Shown: piece after piece, positions 28,810-43,224 of the stretch
How positions within the stretch are numbered: the first letter of the stretch is position 1
Layout: every line of letters begins with the position of its first letter
Source of the DNA: an uncultured Chloroflexia bacterium
GTDB taxonomy: Bacteria > Chloroflexota > Limnocylindria > QHBO01
DNA length: 64,000 bases
NCBI GenBank assembly: GCA_963840145.1
Contig: CAWIXR010000002.1
Location: forward strand, 325,666-389,665
Reading direction: 5' to 3'
Notes under the pieces: model-generated
Seen by the model: the letters and a program-made list of their open reading frames with translations, nothing else
The model's database searches: none
What the model was told of the DNA's origin: nothing
Position numbers and translations under genes: made by a program

Positions 28810-29636
28810 CGACCGAGACCGTGCAGCCCTCGCCGCCCGACGTCGAGCCCGACGAGCAGGGCGTCCTGCTGCAGGTCACCGGGCTGACGAAGCGCTTCGG
28901 CGGCCTGACTGCCAACCACGACATCAACCTGACCATCCCGCGCCGCTCGATCATCTCGGTGATCGGCCCGAACGGCGCTGGCAAGACCACCCTGTTCAAC
29001 CAGATCACGGGGTTCGAGGAGCCCACCGAGGGTTCGATCGTCTTCGACGGCGTGGAGATCGCCGGGCTGTCGCCCCATGTCATCGTCGGGCTCGGCATGG
29101 CGCGGACGTACCAGAACATCCGCCTCTTCCAGAACATGACCGCGGTGGCCAACGTGCTCGTCGGCAATCATGTACGGATGTCGGCGCAGTGGTGGCAGAT
29201 CCTGCTCGGGCTGAGATCGGTCCGTCACGAGGAGGAGCGGGCGAAGGAGCTCGCCTACGGGCTGCTCGACACCGTCGGCCTCTCTCGCCGCTACGCGCAC
29301 GATCTCGCCAAGAACCTGCCGTATGGTGACCAGCGAAGGCTCGAGATCGCGCGGGCCCTGGCCAGTAACCCGACGCTGCTGCTCCTCGACGAGCCGACCG
29401 CCGGCATGAACCCGGCCGAGACGCGTCAGACGACCGACCTCATCGCGCGGCTGCGTAGCGAGCTCGGCCTGACGGTCGTCCTCATCGAGCACGACATGAA
29501 GGTGGTCATGGGGATCAGCGAGCGGATCACCGTGCTCGACCACGGCGAGCTGCTCGCCGAGGGCATGCCGGACGAGATCCGCGCCGATCCGCGGGTGGTC
29601 GAGGCCTACCTGGGCACGCAGGCCACCGGCACATGA
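28806..29636 (+). CDS. livG: ABC transporter ATP-binding protein
   Basis: GPNGAGKTT, LPYGDQRRLEIARAL, LLDEP. Confidence 0.92.
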   Translation: MTTETVQPSPPDVEPDEQGVLLQVTGLTKRFGGLTANHDINLTIPRRSIISVIGPNGAGKTTLFNQITGFEEPTEGSIVFDGVEIAGLSPHVIVGLGMARTYQNIRLFQNMTAVANVLVGNHVRMSAQWWQILLGLRSVRHEEERAKELAYGLLDTVGLSRRYAHDLAKNLPYGDQRRLEIARALASNPTLLLLDEPTAGMNPAETRQTTDLIARLRSELGLTVVLIEHDMKVVMGISERITVLDHGELLAEGMPDEIRADPRVVEAYLGTQATGT

Positions 29637-30373
29637 CCACCACGACGACCAACGGTGACCGCGAGCCGCTGCTCGAGCTCCGCGACCTGCACGTCTTCTA
29701 TGGCAACATCGAGGCGCTCAAGGGAATCTCGCTGACCGTCGGCCGCGGCGAGGTCGTGACCCTGATCGGCTCGAACGGGGCGGGCAAGAGCACCGCGCTG
29801 CGAGCGATCAGCAGCACCCACAAGCCGCGTTCGGGCCAGATCCTGCTGGACGGGAAGCCGATCCATCACCTCCCGCCGCACGAGGTCGTCACCCTCGGCG
29901 TCGCCCAGTCGCCCGAGGGCCGGCGCGTCTTTTCGCGGATGACCGTCTACGAGAACCTCCAGATGGGCGCCTACAGCCAGGACAAGGCCCACCTGGACGA
30001 TGACGTCACGCGCGTCTTCGACCTGTTCCCGCGCCTGAAGGAACGGCGGGGCCAGAAGGCCGGAACGATGTCCGGCGGCGAGCAGCAGATGCTGGCGATG
30101 GGCCGCGCGCTGATGGCACGCCCCTCGATCCTGCTGCTCGACGAGCCGTCGATGGGCCTCTCCCCGATCCTCACCGACCAGATCTTCGCGATCATCAAGG
30201 AGATCAACGCCCAGGGCACGACCGTCCTGCTCGTCGAGCAGAACGCGCTGATGGCGCTCAACGCCGCCCACCGCGGGTACGTGATCCAGACCGGCAAGAT
30301 CATCCTGTCCGACACCGCGGAAAATCTCGCCGCCAACCCGCAGGTCCGCCAGGCGTACCTGGGCGAAATCTGA
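29633..30373 (+). CDS. livF: ABC transporter ATP-binding protein
   Basis: GSNGAGKST, MSGGEQQMLA, LLDEPSMGL, VEQNA. Confidence 0.93.
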   Translation: MTTTTTNGDREPLLELRDLHVFYGNIEALKGISLTVGRGEVVTLIGSNGAGKSTALRAISSTHKPRSGQILLDGKPIHHLPPHEVVTLGVAQSPEGRRVFSRMTVYENLQMGAYSQDKAHLDDDVTRVFDLFPRLKERRGQKAGTMSGGEQQMLAMGRALMARPSILLLDEPSMGLSPILTDQIFAIIKEINAQGTTVLLVEQNALMALNAAHRGYVIQTGKIILSDTAENLAANPQVRQAYLGEI

Positions 30374-30380
30374 GGCCGCC

Positions 30381-30524
30381 GTGGCCGAGCCGACCGGGCC
30401 GCCGCCCCGCAAGCAGCCGGGCGACTATCGCCCCGACCTGCGCCCGATGCTGATCCTTGGCGCGCTCCTGCTCGCCGTCGTGATCGCCTGGGTCGTGCTC
30501 TCGCCACTGATCCTCCCGCGCTAG
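30381..30524 (+). CDS. Small single-pass membrane protein (47 aa), absent from the ORF track
   Basis: GTG...TAG, MAEPTGPPPRKQPGDYRPDLRPMLILGALLLAVVIAWVVLSPLILPR; GAGG RBS; GC3 bias. Confidence 0.5.
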   Translation: MAEPTGPPPRKQPGDYRPDLRPMLILGALLLAVVIAWVVLSPLILPR

Positions 30525-30578
30525 GCTCACGGCCCAGCCGCAGTGCCCGACTCGATCCGAGGGCCGGCAGACGCCGCG

Positions 30579-31007
30579 TCAATACCGCCGCGGAACCCCG
30601 AAGCCCGAGCCCGCGCCGTACAGCACCAGCGCCACGCCGATGGCGGCGAGCGCCAGCCCCGGCGACTGCTGAGGCAGCGGCAGGTAGCCGACCGACCACA
30701 GCTCCCAGGCGCGGTAGGTGAGCGTGACCGCCCCGATCAGCCCGAGAATCAGATACACCCACGGCGAGTCCAGGAAGAAGCCCCATCGGCCGCGCATGTA
30801 GCCGATGTCGAGCACGACCAGCGTCGCGATCGCGGCACCGTAGATGATCACGCCAGGCCCCTCGAGGCCGATTCCCTGCTGCGCGGGCACGTTCACGCCC
30901 GATACCGTGTCGCCACCGGAGTGCCACCACGGCAGGAAGCCCGAGGCGATCATCGCCAGCGCCCCGAACAGGATCAGCAGCCGATAGCGCCGCCCGCCCC
31001 CGTCCAT
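30579..31007 (-). CDS. Hypothetical membrane protein
   Basis: 4 TM, FLPWW motif; last gene of the hpt operon. Confidence 0.65.
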   Translation of the reverse strand: MDGGGRRYRLLILFGALAMIASGFLPWWHSGGDTVSGVNVPAQQGIGLEGPGVIIYGAAIATLVVLDIGYMRGRWGFFLDSPWVYLILGLIGAVTLTYRAWELWSVGYLPLPQQSPGLALAAIGVALVLYGAGSGFGVPRRY

Positions 31008-31011
31008 CAGT

Positions 31012-31572
31012 TCAGCCGTCCGGCGGCGCGCCGCCGTAGACCGATGGCTTCAGCACGCCGATGTAGGGCAGATTTCGGTAGCGCTCGTCGAAGTCGAGGC
31101 CGTAGCCGATGACGAAGCGATCGGGAATCGTGAAGCCGACGTAGTCGATCGGGATCTCGGCCAGGCGCCGTGCGGGCTTGTCGAGGAGGCAGCAGACCTT
31201 GATCGAGGCGGGATTGCGCTCCCACAGGTAGCGCAGCAGGTAGTTGAGGGTGAGGCCGGTGTCGATGATGTCCTCGACGATGATCACGTCGCGCCCCTCG
31301 ATCGGCTTCGAGAGGTCCTTGAGGATGCGCACCTGCCCTGACGTCTCGGTGGCGGCCCCGTAGGACGACACCTCCATCAGGTCGATGCTCGACGGCAGGT
31401 CCATCGCGCGCATGAGGTCGGCGAGGAAGACGAGCGCGCCCTTCAGGACACTGACGAGGACCGGGTCGCGGCCGGCGTAGTCGACCGTCAGCTGCGCGGC
31501 CAGCTCGGCGACGCGATTTGCGACGGTCGCCTCGTCGAGCAGGATCTCCTCGACGTCGTCATGCAGGCTCAC
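31012..31572 (-). CDS. hpt: Hypoxanthine phosphoribosyltransferase
   Basis: VLKGA..FLADL, VSSYG, IVEDIIDTGLTL, FVIGYGLD..ERYRNLP. Confidence 0.95.
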   Translation of the reverse strand: MSLHDDVEEILLDEATVANRVAELAAQLTVDYAGRDPVLVSVLKGALVFLADLMRAMDLPSSIDLMEVSSYGAATETSGQVRILKDLSKPIEGRDVIIVEDIIDTGLTLNYLLRYLWERNPASIKVCCLLDKPARRLAEIPIDYVGFTIPDRFVIGYGLDFDERYRNLPYIGVLKPSVYGGAPPDG

Positions 31573-32018
31573 GGGGCCGTGCTCGCGCCGGCGACCTCAT
31601 CGGTGACGATGGAAGGCGCCTTCGCGGCGCCATTGCCGTTGCCGTTCCCGTTGGCGGTGATCAGATCGGCTAGGAACCCCGTTCGGCCGTACTTCACCAT
31701 CAGCGCCCGGAAGTCACGCGCGTAGAACAGCTTCACGCGGATCTCCGGGTAGAGCTGGCGCATATGGCGCAGCTTGCGGTTCTTGCGGCGCACCAGCGAC
31801 TGCTTCAGCGTCGTCAGCTCGATGTAGAGGTCGATCTCCGGAAGGTAGAAATCGGGCGCGAACGACTCGATGACCGCGCCGTCGGCGTTCCAGGAGATGG
31901 GGAAGACGTCGGGTTCGTATCGCCACGCGACACCGTAGTAGTCGAGGATCCTCGCCAGCTCCGCCTCGCTCTCGTGCGCGAAGCGGGGTGGCGAAACGGA
32001 GGTCAGCTGATCCGCCAC
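31569..32018 (-). CDS. Conserved protein with a PD-(D/E)xK-like nuclease motif
   Basis: SEAELARILD, WRYEP, FAPDFYLP..DLYIELTT; GAGG upstream; coupled to hpt. Confidence 0.65.
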   Translation of the reverse strand: MADQLTSVSPPRFAHESEAELARILDYYGVAWRYEPDVFPISWNADGAVIESFAPDFYLPEIDLYIELTTLKQSLVRRKNRKLRHMRQLYPEIRVKLFYARDFRALMVKYGRTGFLADLITANGNGNGNGAAKAPSIVTDEVAGASTAP

Positions 32019-32082
32019 CTGACCTCGATCGTAGCCGTCCGAACCGCCCTGAGCGTCATCATCGCGAGTATATCGGGCGGAG

Positions 32083-32140
32083 TTATCCACACGTCGTGAA
32101 CGATTGCGCAAATCGTGGATAAGTCGCCTTGTCATCCACA
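32083..32140. promoter_or_regulatory. Cluster of three DnaA boxes
   Basis: TTATCCACA (32083-91), reverse TTATCCACG (32114-22), TCATCCACA (32132-40). Confidence 0.65.
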
Positions 32141-32284
32141 ACCGGCCCCTGTCAGACTGAGGATCCTGCTTCTGCGAGCGACCGAGTACGGTAACCGCGG
32201 ATGACTCGGGGCCGATGCGAAAGCCGGCCGCGACGCCGATCATTCGCCGGGAAGACCGAAAGGTCGCTCGAAGGAGCATTTCTC

Positions 32285-33037
32285 TTGCGCCAGACCGATG
32301 CGCCCGATGCCGATGCGCACGCCGCCCGCCTCGAGCTCGAGCGTCTCCTGGCCGCCGGTCCGCCGTCGCTGCCGCCAGGCTTCGCCGATGGCGTCGAGCG
32401 CTACGTCGCGCTCCTGCTGGACGCCAACCGCCGCCTGAACCTGACGCGGGTCGTGGAGCCTGACGCGGTCGCGCGGCTGCACCTGCTGGACGCGCTGTCC
32501 GCGCTTCCGCTCCTCGATGCGATGCCCCGCGTTGATCGCTGCCTCGACCTCGGCTCGGGCGGCGGGGTGCCGGGGATCGTCCTCGCCCTCGCGCGCCCGC
32601 GGCAACGGTGGCTGCTCGTCGACTCGGTCCGCAAGAAGGTCGATGCGCTGCGCGCCTTCGTCGAGGCACTGGGCATCGGCAACGTCGAGGTCGTCGCCGA
32701 GCGCGCCGAGGTCCTCGGCCGCGACCCGTCGCACCGCGAGTCGCACGACGTCGTCGCGGCGCGCGCCTGCGCACCGCTCCCGGTGCTGGCCGAGTACGCG
32801 CTGCCGCTGCTCGCGGTCGGCGGCACCCTCGTGGCCTGGAAGGGCCCGGTCACCGACGAGGAGCTGCGCGCCGGAAGCGCCGCGGCGAGCGCCTGCGGAG
32901 GCGGGGCCCCATCGGTCCATCCGTCTGGGTTCGCCGAGCTGGGCGATCACCGCCTCGTCGTCATCGCCAAGGAGTCGCCGACGCCGGAGCGATACCCGCG
33001 AAGGCCGGGTGAGCCGGGCCGGCGACCGCTGGGCTAG
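32285..33037 (+). CDS. rsmG: 16S rRNA m7G527 methyltransferase
   Basis: N.RLNLT, HLLDAL, DLGSGGGVPG, ERAE, ARA, YPRRPG; TTG after AAGGAG. Confidence 0.92.
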   Translation: MRQTDAPDADAHAARLELERLLAAGPPSLPPGFADGVERYVALLLDANRRLNLTRVVEPDAVARLHLLDALSALPLLDAMPRVDRCLDLGSGGGVPGIVLALARPRQRWLLVDSVRKKVDALRAFVEALGIGNVEVVAERAEVLGRDPSHRESHDVVAARACAPLPVLAEYALPLLAVGGTLVAWKGPVTDEELRAGSAAASACGGGAPSVHPSGFAELGDHRLVVIAKESPTPERYPRRPGEPGRRPLG

Positions 33038-33075
33038 GGCCGGCCCGGGGGCCATCGACTAGACTCGATTCCCGC

Positions 33076-33810
33076 ATGCGCATCGCCGTCCTGTCGGACA
33101 TCCATGCCAACCTGCCTGCCCTCGAGGCAGTCGCCGCCGACCTTCCCGCCGTGGACGCGGTGTGGGTGCTCGGCGACACGGTCGGGTACGGCCCGCAGCC
33201 GAATGAGGTGATCGCAACGCTGCAGGCGATGGGCGCCCGCAGCGTCATGGGCAACCACGACGGCGCGGCGATCGGCACCGTCGACCCCGTGCACTTCAAC
33301 CCGGACGCGCGGGCGGCGATCGAGTGGACCGCAGACGTCCTCGACCCGAACGCGCGCTCGTACATCGCCGCGCTTCCCGAGGTGCGCAGCGACGGCCACC
33401 TGACCGCCGTCCACGGCTCGCCGCGCGACCCGATCTGGGAGTACATCACCGGGCCCGGCGTCGCCGCCGCGAACCTCGAGGCCTACGAGACCCGGCTGTG
33501 CCTCTTCGGGCACACCCACCTGCCGGTTGCGTTCCGGGCGGTGGACGGGGAGATCGACACGACGATCGGACTGCCGGGCACGGCGGCTCGACTCGGGCGG
33601 GAGCGCGCGATGCTCAACCCCGGGAGCGTCGGCCAGCCACGCGACGGGTTGCGCGACGCGGCCTACGGCGTTCTCGAGCTGAACGGGTCGGGGGACGGCG
33701 GCTCGTTCGAGTTCCGGCGCGTCGCCTACGACATCGATCGAACCCAGCGCCTGATGCGCGAGGCCGGGCTGCCGGTCCGCCTCGTGGAGCGGCTCGACTA
33801 CGGACGCTGA
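33076..33810 (+). CDS. Metallophosphoesterase (YfcE-like)
   Basis: SDIHAN, LGD.VGYG, GNHD, VHGSP, GHTH, NPGSVGQPRD. Confidence 0.9.
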   Translation: MRIAVLSDIHANLPALEAVAADLPAVDAVWVLGDTVGYGPQPNEVIATLQAMGARSVMGNHDGAAIGTVDPVHFNPDARAAIEWTADVLDPNARSYIAALPEVRSDGHLTAVHGSPRDPIWEYITGPGVAAANLEAYETRLCLFGHTHLPVAFRAVDGEIDTTIGLPGTAARLGRERAMLNPGSVGQPRDGLRDAAYGVLELNGSGDGGSFEFRRVAYDIDRTQRLMREAGLPVRLVERLDYGR

Positions 33811-33879
33811 GTCGGGGCGCCGGCGCGCGTCCAAGCAGCCTCGCGACGCGCGACAGGGCGCCGTAGGATACGAGCAGGC

Positions 33880-34371
33880 ATGACACTCTTTCGGCGCGCC
33901 GAGAAGCGCCAGGTCCCGTTCGACTACGCCCGCATCCTCATTCCCCTCGTCGGCGACGAGCAGATCGACCATCCGGCACTCAAGGTCGCCGGCCTGCTGC
34001 TCGGAGGTCGCGAGGGCGTCGAGGTGTCGCTGCTGCACGTGATCGAGATCCCGTTCGACCGCAACCTCGACACCGAGGACACCAAGGCGACGGATCGCGC
34101 GGAGGCGATCCTCGCCGACGCGGAGTCGCTGCTGCGCGCCGCTGGCGTGCCGTCACGATCCAGCACCGTCCAGGCTCGGGCGGCGGGCCCGGCGATCGTC
34201 GACGACGCGCAGGAGCTCGCAGCCGACCTCATCGTCATGGGGCTTCGCTACAAGAAGCGATTCGGGGGACAATGGGACGCGGGACGCACCGTCCCGTACG
34301 TCATGCGCAACTCGACCGCGCCGGTGTGGTGCCTGCGCGCAGAGACGAAGGAGCTGGCACACACGCCATGA
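33880..34371 (+). CDS. Universal stress protein
   Basis: RILIPL, LLHVIE, ADLIVMG, YVMRNSTAPV. Confidence 0.82.
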   Translation: MTLFRRAEKRQVPFDYARILIPLVGDEQIDHPALKVAGLLLGGREGVEVSLLHVIEIPFDRNLDTEDTKATDRAEAILADAESLLRAAGVPSRSSTVQARAAGPAIVDDAQELAADLIVMGLRYKKRFGGQWDAGRTVPYVMRNSTAPVWCLRAETKELAHTP

Positions 34372-34943
34372 GGGTCATCATCGTCGGCTGCGGCCGCGTC
34401 GGAGCCAGGGTCGCCGCGGAGCTCGACCAGCGCGGTGAGACGGTCACCGTCATCGACATCAGCGCGCGCGCCTTCGGGCGCCTGCCGACCACGTTCGGCG
34501 GCGAGACCGTGCGCGGCAATGGCACCGACGAGGACACGATGCGCTCCGCCGGCGCCGACCAGGCCGACATCGTCATGGCCCTGACCGAGGGTGACAACCG
34601 CAACGCCCTGTCCGCCCAGCTGGCAAAGCACACCTTCGACGTCCCGCGCGTGATCGCGAAGATCAACGACCCGCTGCGCGGCGAGGCCTACCGCGCGCTC
34701 GGCCTCGAGACGATCTGCCGCACGATCATCCTCGGCGACGCGCTGGTCACCGCCGCGATCGAGGGTGCGGAGGCGACGAACGGGTTCGTCGAGGCGCCGA
34801 CCGCCCAGCCGCTGCGTGGCGCGCCGGCGCCCGGCTCGCTCGCCGCGGAGGAGGCGCGCGCCGCGGCCAAGGCCGAGGAGGAGGAGGCGCTGACGCCCGA
34901 GGCGACGGTCGTCCAGCCCGGCGGCGGAGAGGAAGGCTTCTAG
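34368..34943 (+). CDS. trkA: TrkA-family RCK_N protein
   Basis: IVGCGRVG Rossmann motif, TEGDNRN, VIAKINDP. Confidence 0.85.
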   Translation: MRVIIVGCGRVGARVAAELDQRGETVTVIDISARAFGRLPTTFGGETVRGNGTDEDTMRSAGADQADIVMALTEGDNRNALSAQLAKHTFDVPRVIAKINDPLRGEAYRALGLETICRTIILGDALVTAAIEGAEATNGFVEAPTAQPLRGAPAPGSLAAEEARAAAKAEEEEALTPEATVVQPGGGEEGF

Positions 34944-34945
34944 CG

Positions 34946-35605
34946 ATGTACGTCGTGGTCATCGGCGGCGGCAACGTCGGCTACTACCTCACCAAGGAGC
35001 TCCTGGCGGCCGGCCACGAGGTGGTCGTCATCGAAGAGGATCCGGCCCGCGCGCGGCAGATCGCCGACGAGCTGGGCAGCATCGTCATCGCCAACGACGG
35101 CTGTGAGGGCCGATACCAGGCCGAGGCCGGCATGGGCCGCGCGGACGTGGTGGCCGCCGTGACCGGCGACGATGCCGTGAACCTCGCCGCCAGCCAGGTG
35201 GCGAAGATGCGCTTCAACGTCCCGCGCTCGATCGCGCGCGTCAACGACCCGAAGAACGAGAAGCTGTTCCGCCAGCTGTCGATCGACGACACCGTCAGCC
35301 CGACCCGATCCATCCTCGGCGTCATCGAGCACGAGATCCCCGTCCACGAGCTCCTCCACCTCGCGGAGCTCGAGGGCGGCCAGGTCCAGATCGTCGAGGC
35401 CCACCTCGATGCCGACTCGCCCGTCATCGGCCGCGAGGTCGGTGCGCTGTCGCTGCCGGAGGGCAGCACGATCGCGGTGCTGATCCGCGACGAGCGACCG
35501 CAGTCGCCCCGCTCGGACACGAAGCTGCGCCCCGGCGACAAGCTGCTCGCGGTCACGAATTCCGGTGGCGAGGCGGAGCTCCGCAACCTGCTCATCGGCG
35601 AGTAG
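34946..35605 (+). CDS. trkA: TrkA-family RCK_N/RCK_C protein
   Basis: IGGGNVG, TGDDAVN, IARVNDP, C-terminal L.PGD RCK_C. Confidence 0.88.
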   Translation: MYVVVIGGGNVGYYLTKELLAAGHEVVVIEEDPARARQIADELGSIVIANDGCEGRYQAEAGMGRADVVAAVTGDDAVNLAASQVAKMRFNVPRSIARVNDPKNEKLFRQLSIDDTVSPTRSILGVIEHEIPVHELLHLAELEGGQVQIVEAHLDADSPVIGREVGALSLPEGSTIAVLIRDERPQSPRSDTKLRPGDKLLAVTNSGGEAELRNLLIGE

Positions 35606-35627
35606 GGCTCTACGCGTTGTCACAACC

Positions 35628-35657
35628 CTTGACAACACCATTGTCAGGGTTTATGGT
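35628..35657 (+). promoter_or_regulatory. Sigma70 promoter overlapped by a HAIR-like inverted repeat
   Basis: TTGACA-N17-TATGGT; CTTGACA-N7-TGTCAGG palindrome over the -35 and spacer. Confidence 0.7.
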
Positions 35658-35663
35658 CCGCCA

Positions 35664-36045
35664 ATGGACCGATCTCGACGCCTGGCGCCCACCGTGGACG
35701 CCCCGCGCCGCGACGACCTCACGCGACCCCGCTACATCATCAGCATCGCCGCCGAGCTGGCGAGCTGCCATCCTCGGACGCTGAGGATCTACGAGGAGGA
35801 GGGCCTCCTCCAGCCGCAGCGCCGCAACAACCTTCGCCTCTACAGCGAGGCCGATATCAAGCGCGTTCGTATCATTCGTTTTCTCACGCGCCGGCAGCGA
35901 GTCAACCTCGCCGGCGTGCGGGTCATCCTTCAGCTCGAGGCACTCGGCAAGATCCGGGTCTACGACCTGTTCGATGAGGACGATGTCGAGCGATTCGCCG
36001 ACGAAGTGTCCGACGAGCCAGCGCTCGCCGAAGGAGCAACCCGAC

Positions 36046-36056
<11 letters not shown>
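35664..36056 (+). CDS. hspR: HspR-like MerR-family heat-shock repressor
   Basis: [38 protein letters not shown]; heads the lon-dnaJ-clpB operon. Confidence 0.8.
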
Positions 36057-38595
<2,539 letters not shown>

Positions 38596-38646
38596 GGTGA
38601 TCGGCGGCGGAGTCTATCCGTAGACGACGCCGCCAACACAGCGCGG

Positions 38647-39618
38647 ATGGAGTACAAGGACTACTACGCGACCCTCGGCGTTCCGAAGACGGCCTCCCAG
38701 GCCGATATCAAGAAGGCCTATCGCAAGCTGGCCCGTGAGCTCCACCCGGACACGAACAAGGATCCGGCCGCCGAGAAGCAATTCAAGGAGGCCAACGAGG
38801 CCCACGCCGTCCTCGCCGATGCCGAGAAGCGCAAGCAGTACGACGAGCTGGGCGCGAACTGGCAGGCCTACCAGCAGGCCGGCTACGGCTCCGGCGGCGC
38901 GACGGACTGGGCCGGTTTCGGCGGGGCGCCGGGCGGCACGCGCTGGACGTATCGGTCCGTCCGCCCCGAGGAGATGGGCGGCTTCAGCGACTTCTTCGAG
39001 CAGTTCTTCGGCAGCGGCTCGGGCGCCCAGTTCGGTGGAGCCACCGGCGGCGGGTTCGAGTACGTCGACCTCTCCGACCTGCGTGGCGGTCGAACGGCGA
39101 CCCGGAACCGCTCGATCCCGTCGGCCCAGGCGACGGCGGAGGTGACGCTGGCCGAGGTGGCCACCGGCACCGAGCGCCTCGTCAACGTCAACGGACGGCG
39201 ACTGCACGTGAAGATCCCCGCCGGCGTCGGCGAGGGCTCGAAGGTGAAGCTCAGCGGTGCCGTCGACGGCGGCGACCTCGTCATCAACGTCACGGTCAAG
39301 GCCGATCCGCGCTTCGCGCGCGAGGGAACGAACCTCCGCAGCGAGCTGCCGCTGACCCTGGCCGAGGCGATCCTCGGCGCGGAGGTTCCCGTCCCCACCC
39401 CGACCGGCAGCGTGAAGCTGCGGATCCGGCCGAACACCCAGAACGGGCAGGAGATCACGATCAAGGGCCGCGGCCTGCCGAAGCGCAGCTCGTCGCAGAA
39501 GGGCGACCTGATCGTGACCGCCCGCGTCGTGATGCCAAAGCTCGACGAGGACGCACGGGCCGAGCTCGAGCCCATCCTCACCAACCATCCCCAGCCGAAC
39601 CCACGCGAGCCGAACTGA
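38647..39618 (+). CDS. DnaJ-class (CbpA-like) co-chaperone without Zn fingers
   Basis: J-domain HPD, GGFSDFF, DnaJ_C; no CxxCxGxG. Confidence 0.9.
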   Translation: MEYKDYYATLGVPKTASQADIKKAYRKLARELHPDTNKDPAAEKQFKEANEAHAVLADAEKRKQYDELGANWQAYQQAGYGSGGATDWAGFGGAPGGTRWTYRSVRPEEMGGFSDFFEQFFGSGSGAQFGGATGGGFEYVDLSDLRGGRTATRNRSIPSAQATAEVTLAEVATGTERLVNVNGRRLHVKIPAGVGEGSKVKLSGAVDGGDLVINVTVKADPRFAREGTNLRSELPLTLAEAILGAEVPVPTPTGSVKLRIRPNTQNGQEITIKGRGLPKRSSSQKGDLIVTARVVMPKLDEDARAELEPILTNHPQPNPREPN

Positions 39619-39628
39619 GAGCAGACTG

Positions 39629-42297
<2,669 letters not shown>

Positions 42298-42301
<4 letters not shown>

Positions 42302-43185
42302 ATCAGCATCCTGACCGCGCCCGGCAGGCAGTCGACCTCGACGTCGAGTGGCTCGTCGAGGTCGCGGCCGTCGGGCCACACGCCGTCGTCCACGTGGATC
42401 CTCACGCCGGCCGGAGCCTGCAGGCGCACCTCACGCCCGCGCGCCGTTCGCAACGGCGGCATGACGCCGCTCGCCAGATGCAGCCGCTGGTCGAGGAACT
42501 CGAGGATGCCGGCGCGGTCGGCATCGGTCACGAGCACGACGTCGAGCAGCCCGTCGAACGGATCGGCCTCGGGAGCGAGCGGGACGTTGGGCCCGACGAA
42601 CTTGATGTTGAGGATCTCGATGGCGAGGTAGTCACCGGAGAGGTCGGCGCCGTCCACCGTGATGCGCCACGGAGCCGGGCGGGCCTCGCCGAGCAGGTCC
42701 GCGAGCAGGTGCAGCGCGCGATCCGTCTCGCGCCCGAGCAGCCGGAGATCCCCGTCGACTTCCTTGGCACGGCCCATCAGCTCCGCGATCCACCCGCCGC
42801 CCACGCCCTCCACGAAGCGCCGCGACTCCCCGGACGCCCGCACCTCGCCGGCGTCGACGTGCCGCGCTGCCTCGACGTCCCACGAGTCAACGAGCTCGCG
42901 CGCATCGCCGAGCAGCCCGAGCGTCTTGGCGATGTTGTTTGCCGTGCCGATCGGCAGCGCCGCGAACGGCACGTCGCGGTCGGCGGCCGCCAGCGCGACC
43001 TTGCGCACGGTGCCGTCGCCACCGGCGGCGACGACGAGGTCGCCCGGATCTTGCAGGAGGGCCTTCCAGTCGCCCTTGCTCGACCGATGGCGCACCTCGT
43101 GTCCGGCATCGGTCAGCAGCGAGACGACGTCGCCGGCATCCTGGCCGTCACCGGCGGTCGGGTTGTGGACGAGTGCGATCTTCAT
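42298..43185 (-). CDS. Diacylglycerol/lipid kinase family protein
   Basis: [27 protein letters not shown]. Confidence 0.88.
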
Positions 43186-43198
43186 GACGGCACCACTC

Positions 43199-43213
43199 GC
43201 AATTGGAGGGCCA
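43199..43213 (-). promoter_or_regulatory. Sigma54 (-24/-12) promoter candidate
   Basis: TGGCCCTCCAATTGC: GG-N10-GC, 13 nt upstream of ATG 43185. Confidence 0.5.
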
Positions 43214-43224
43214 TAGCAGAACCG

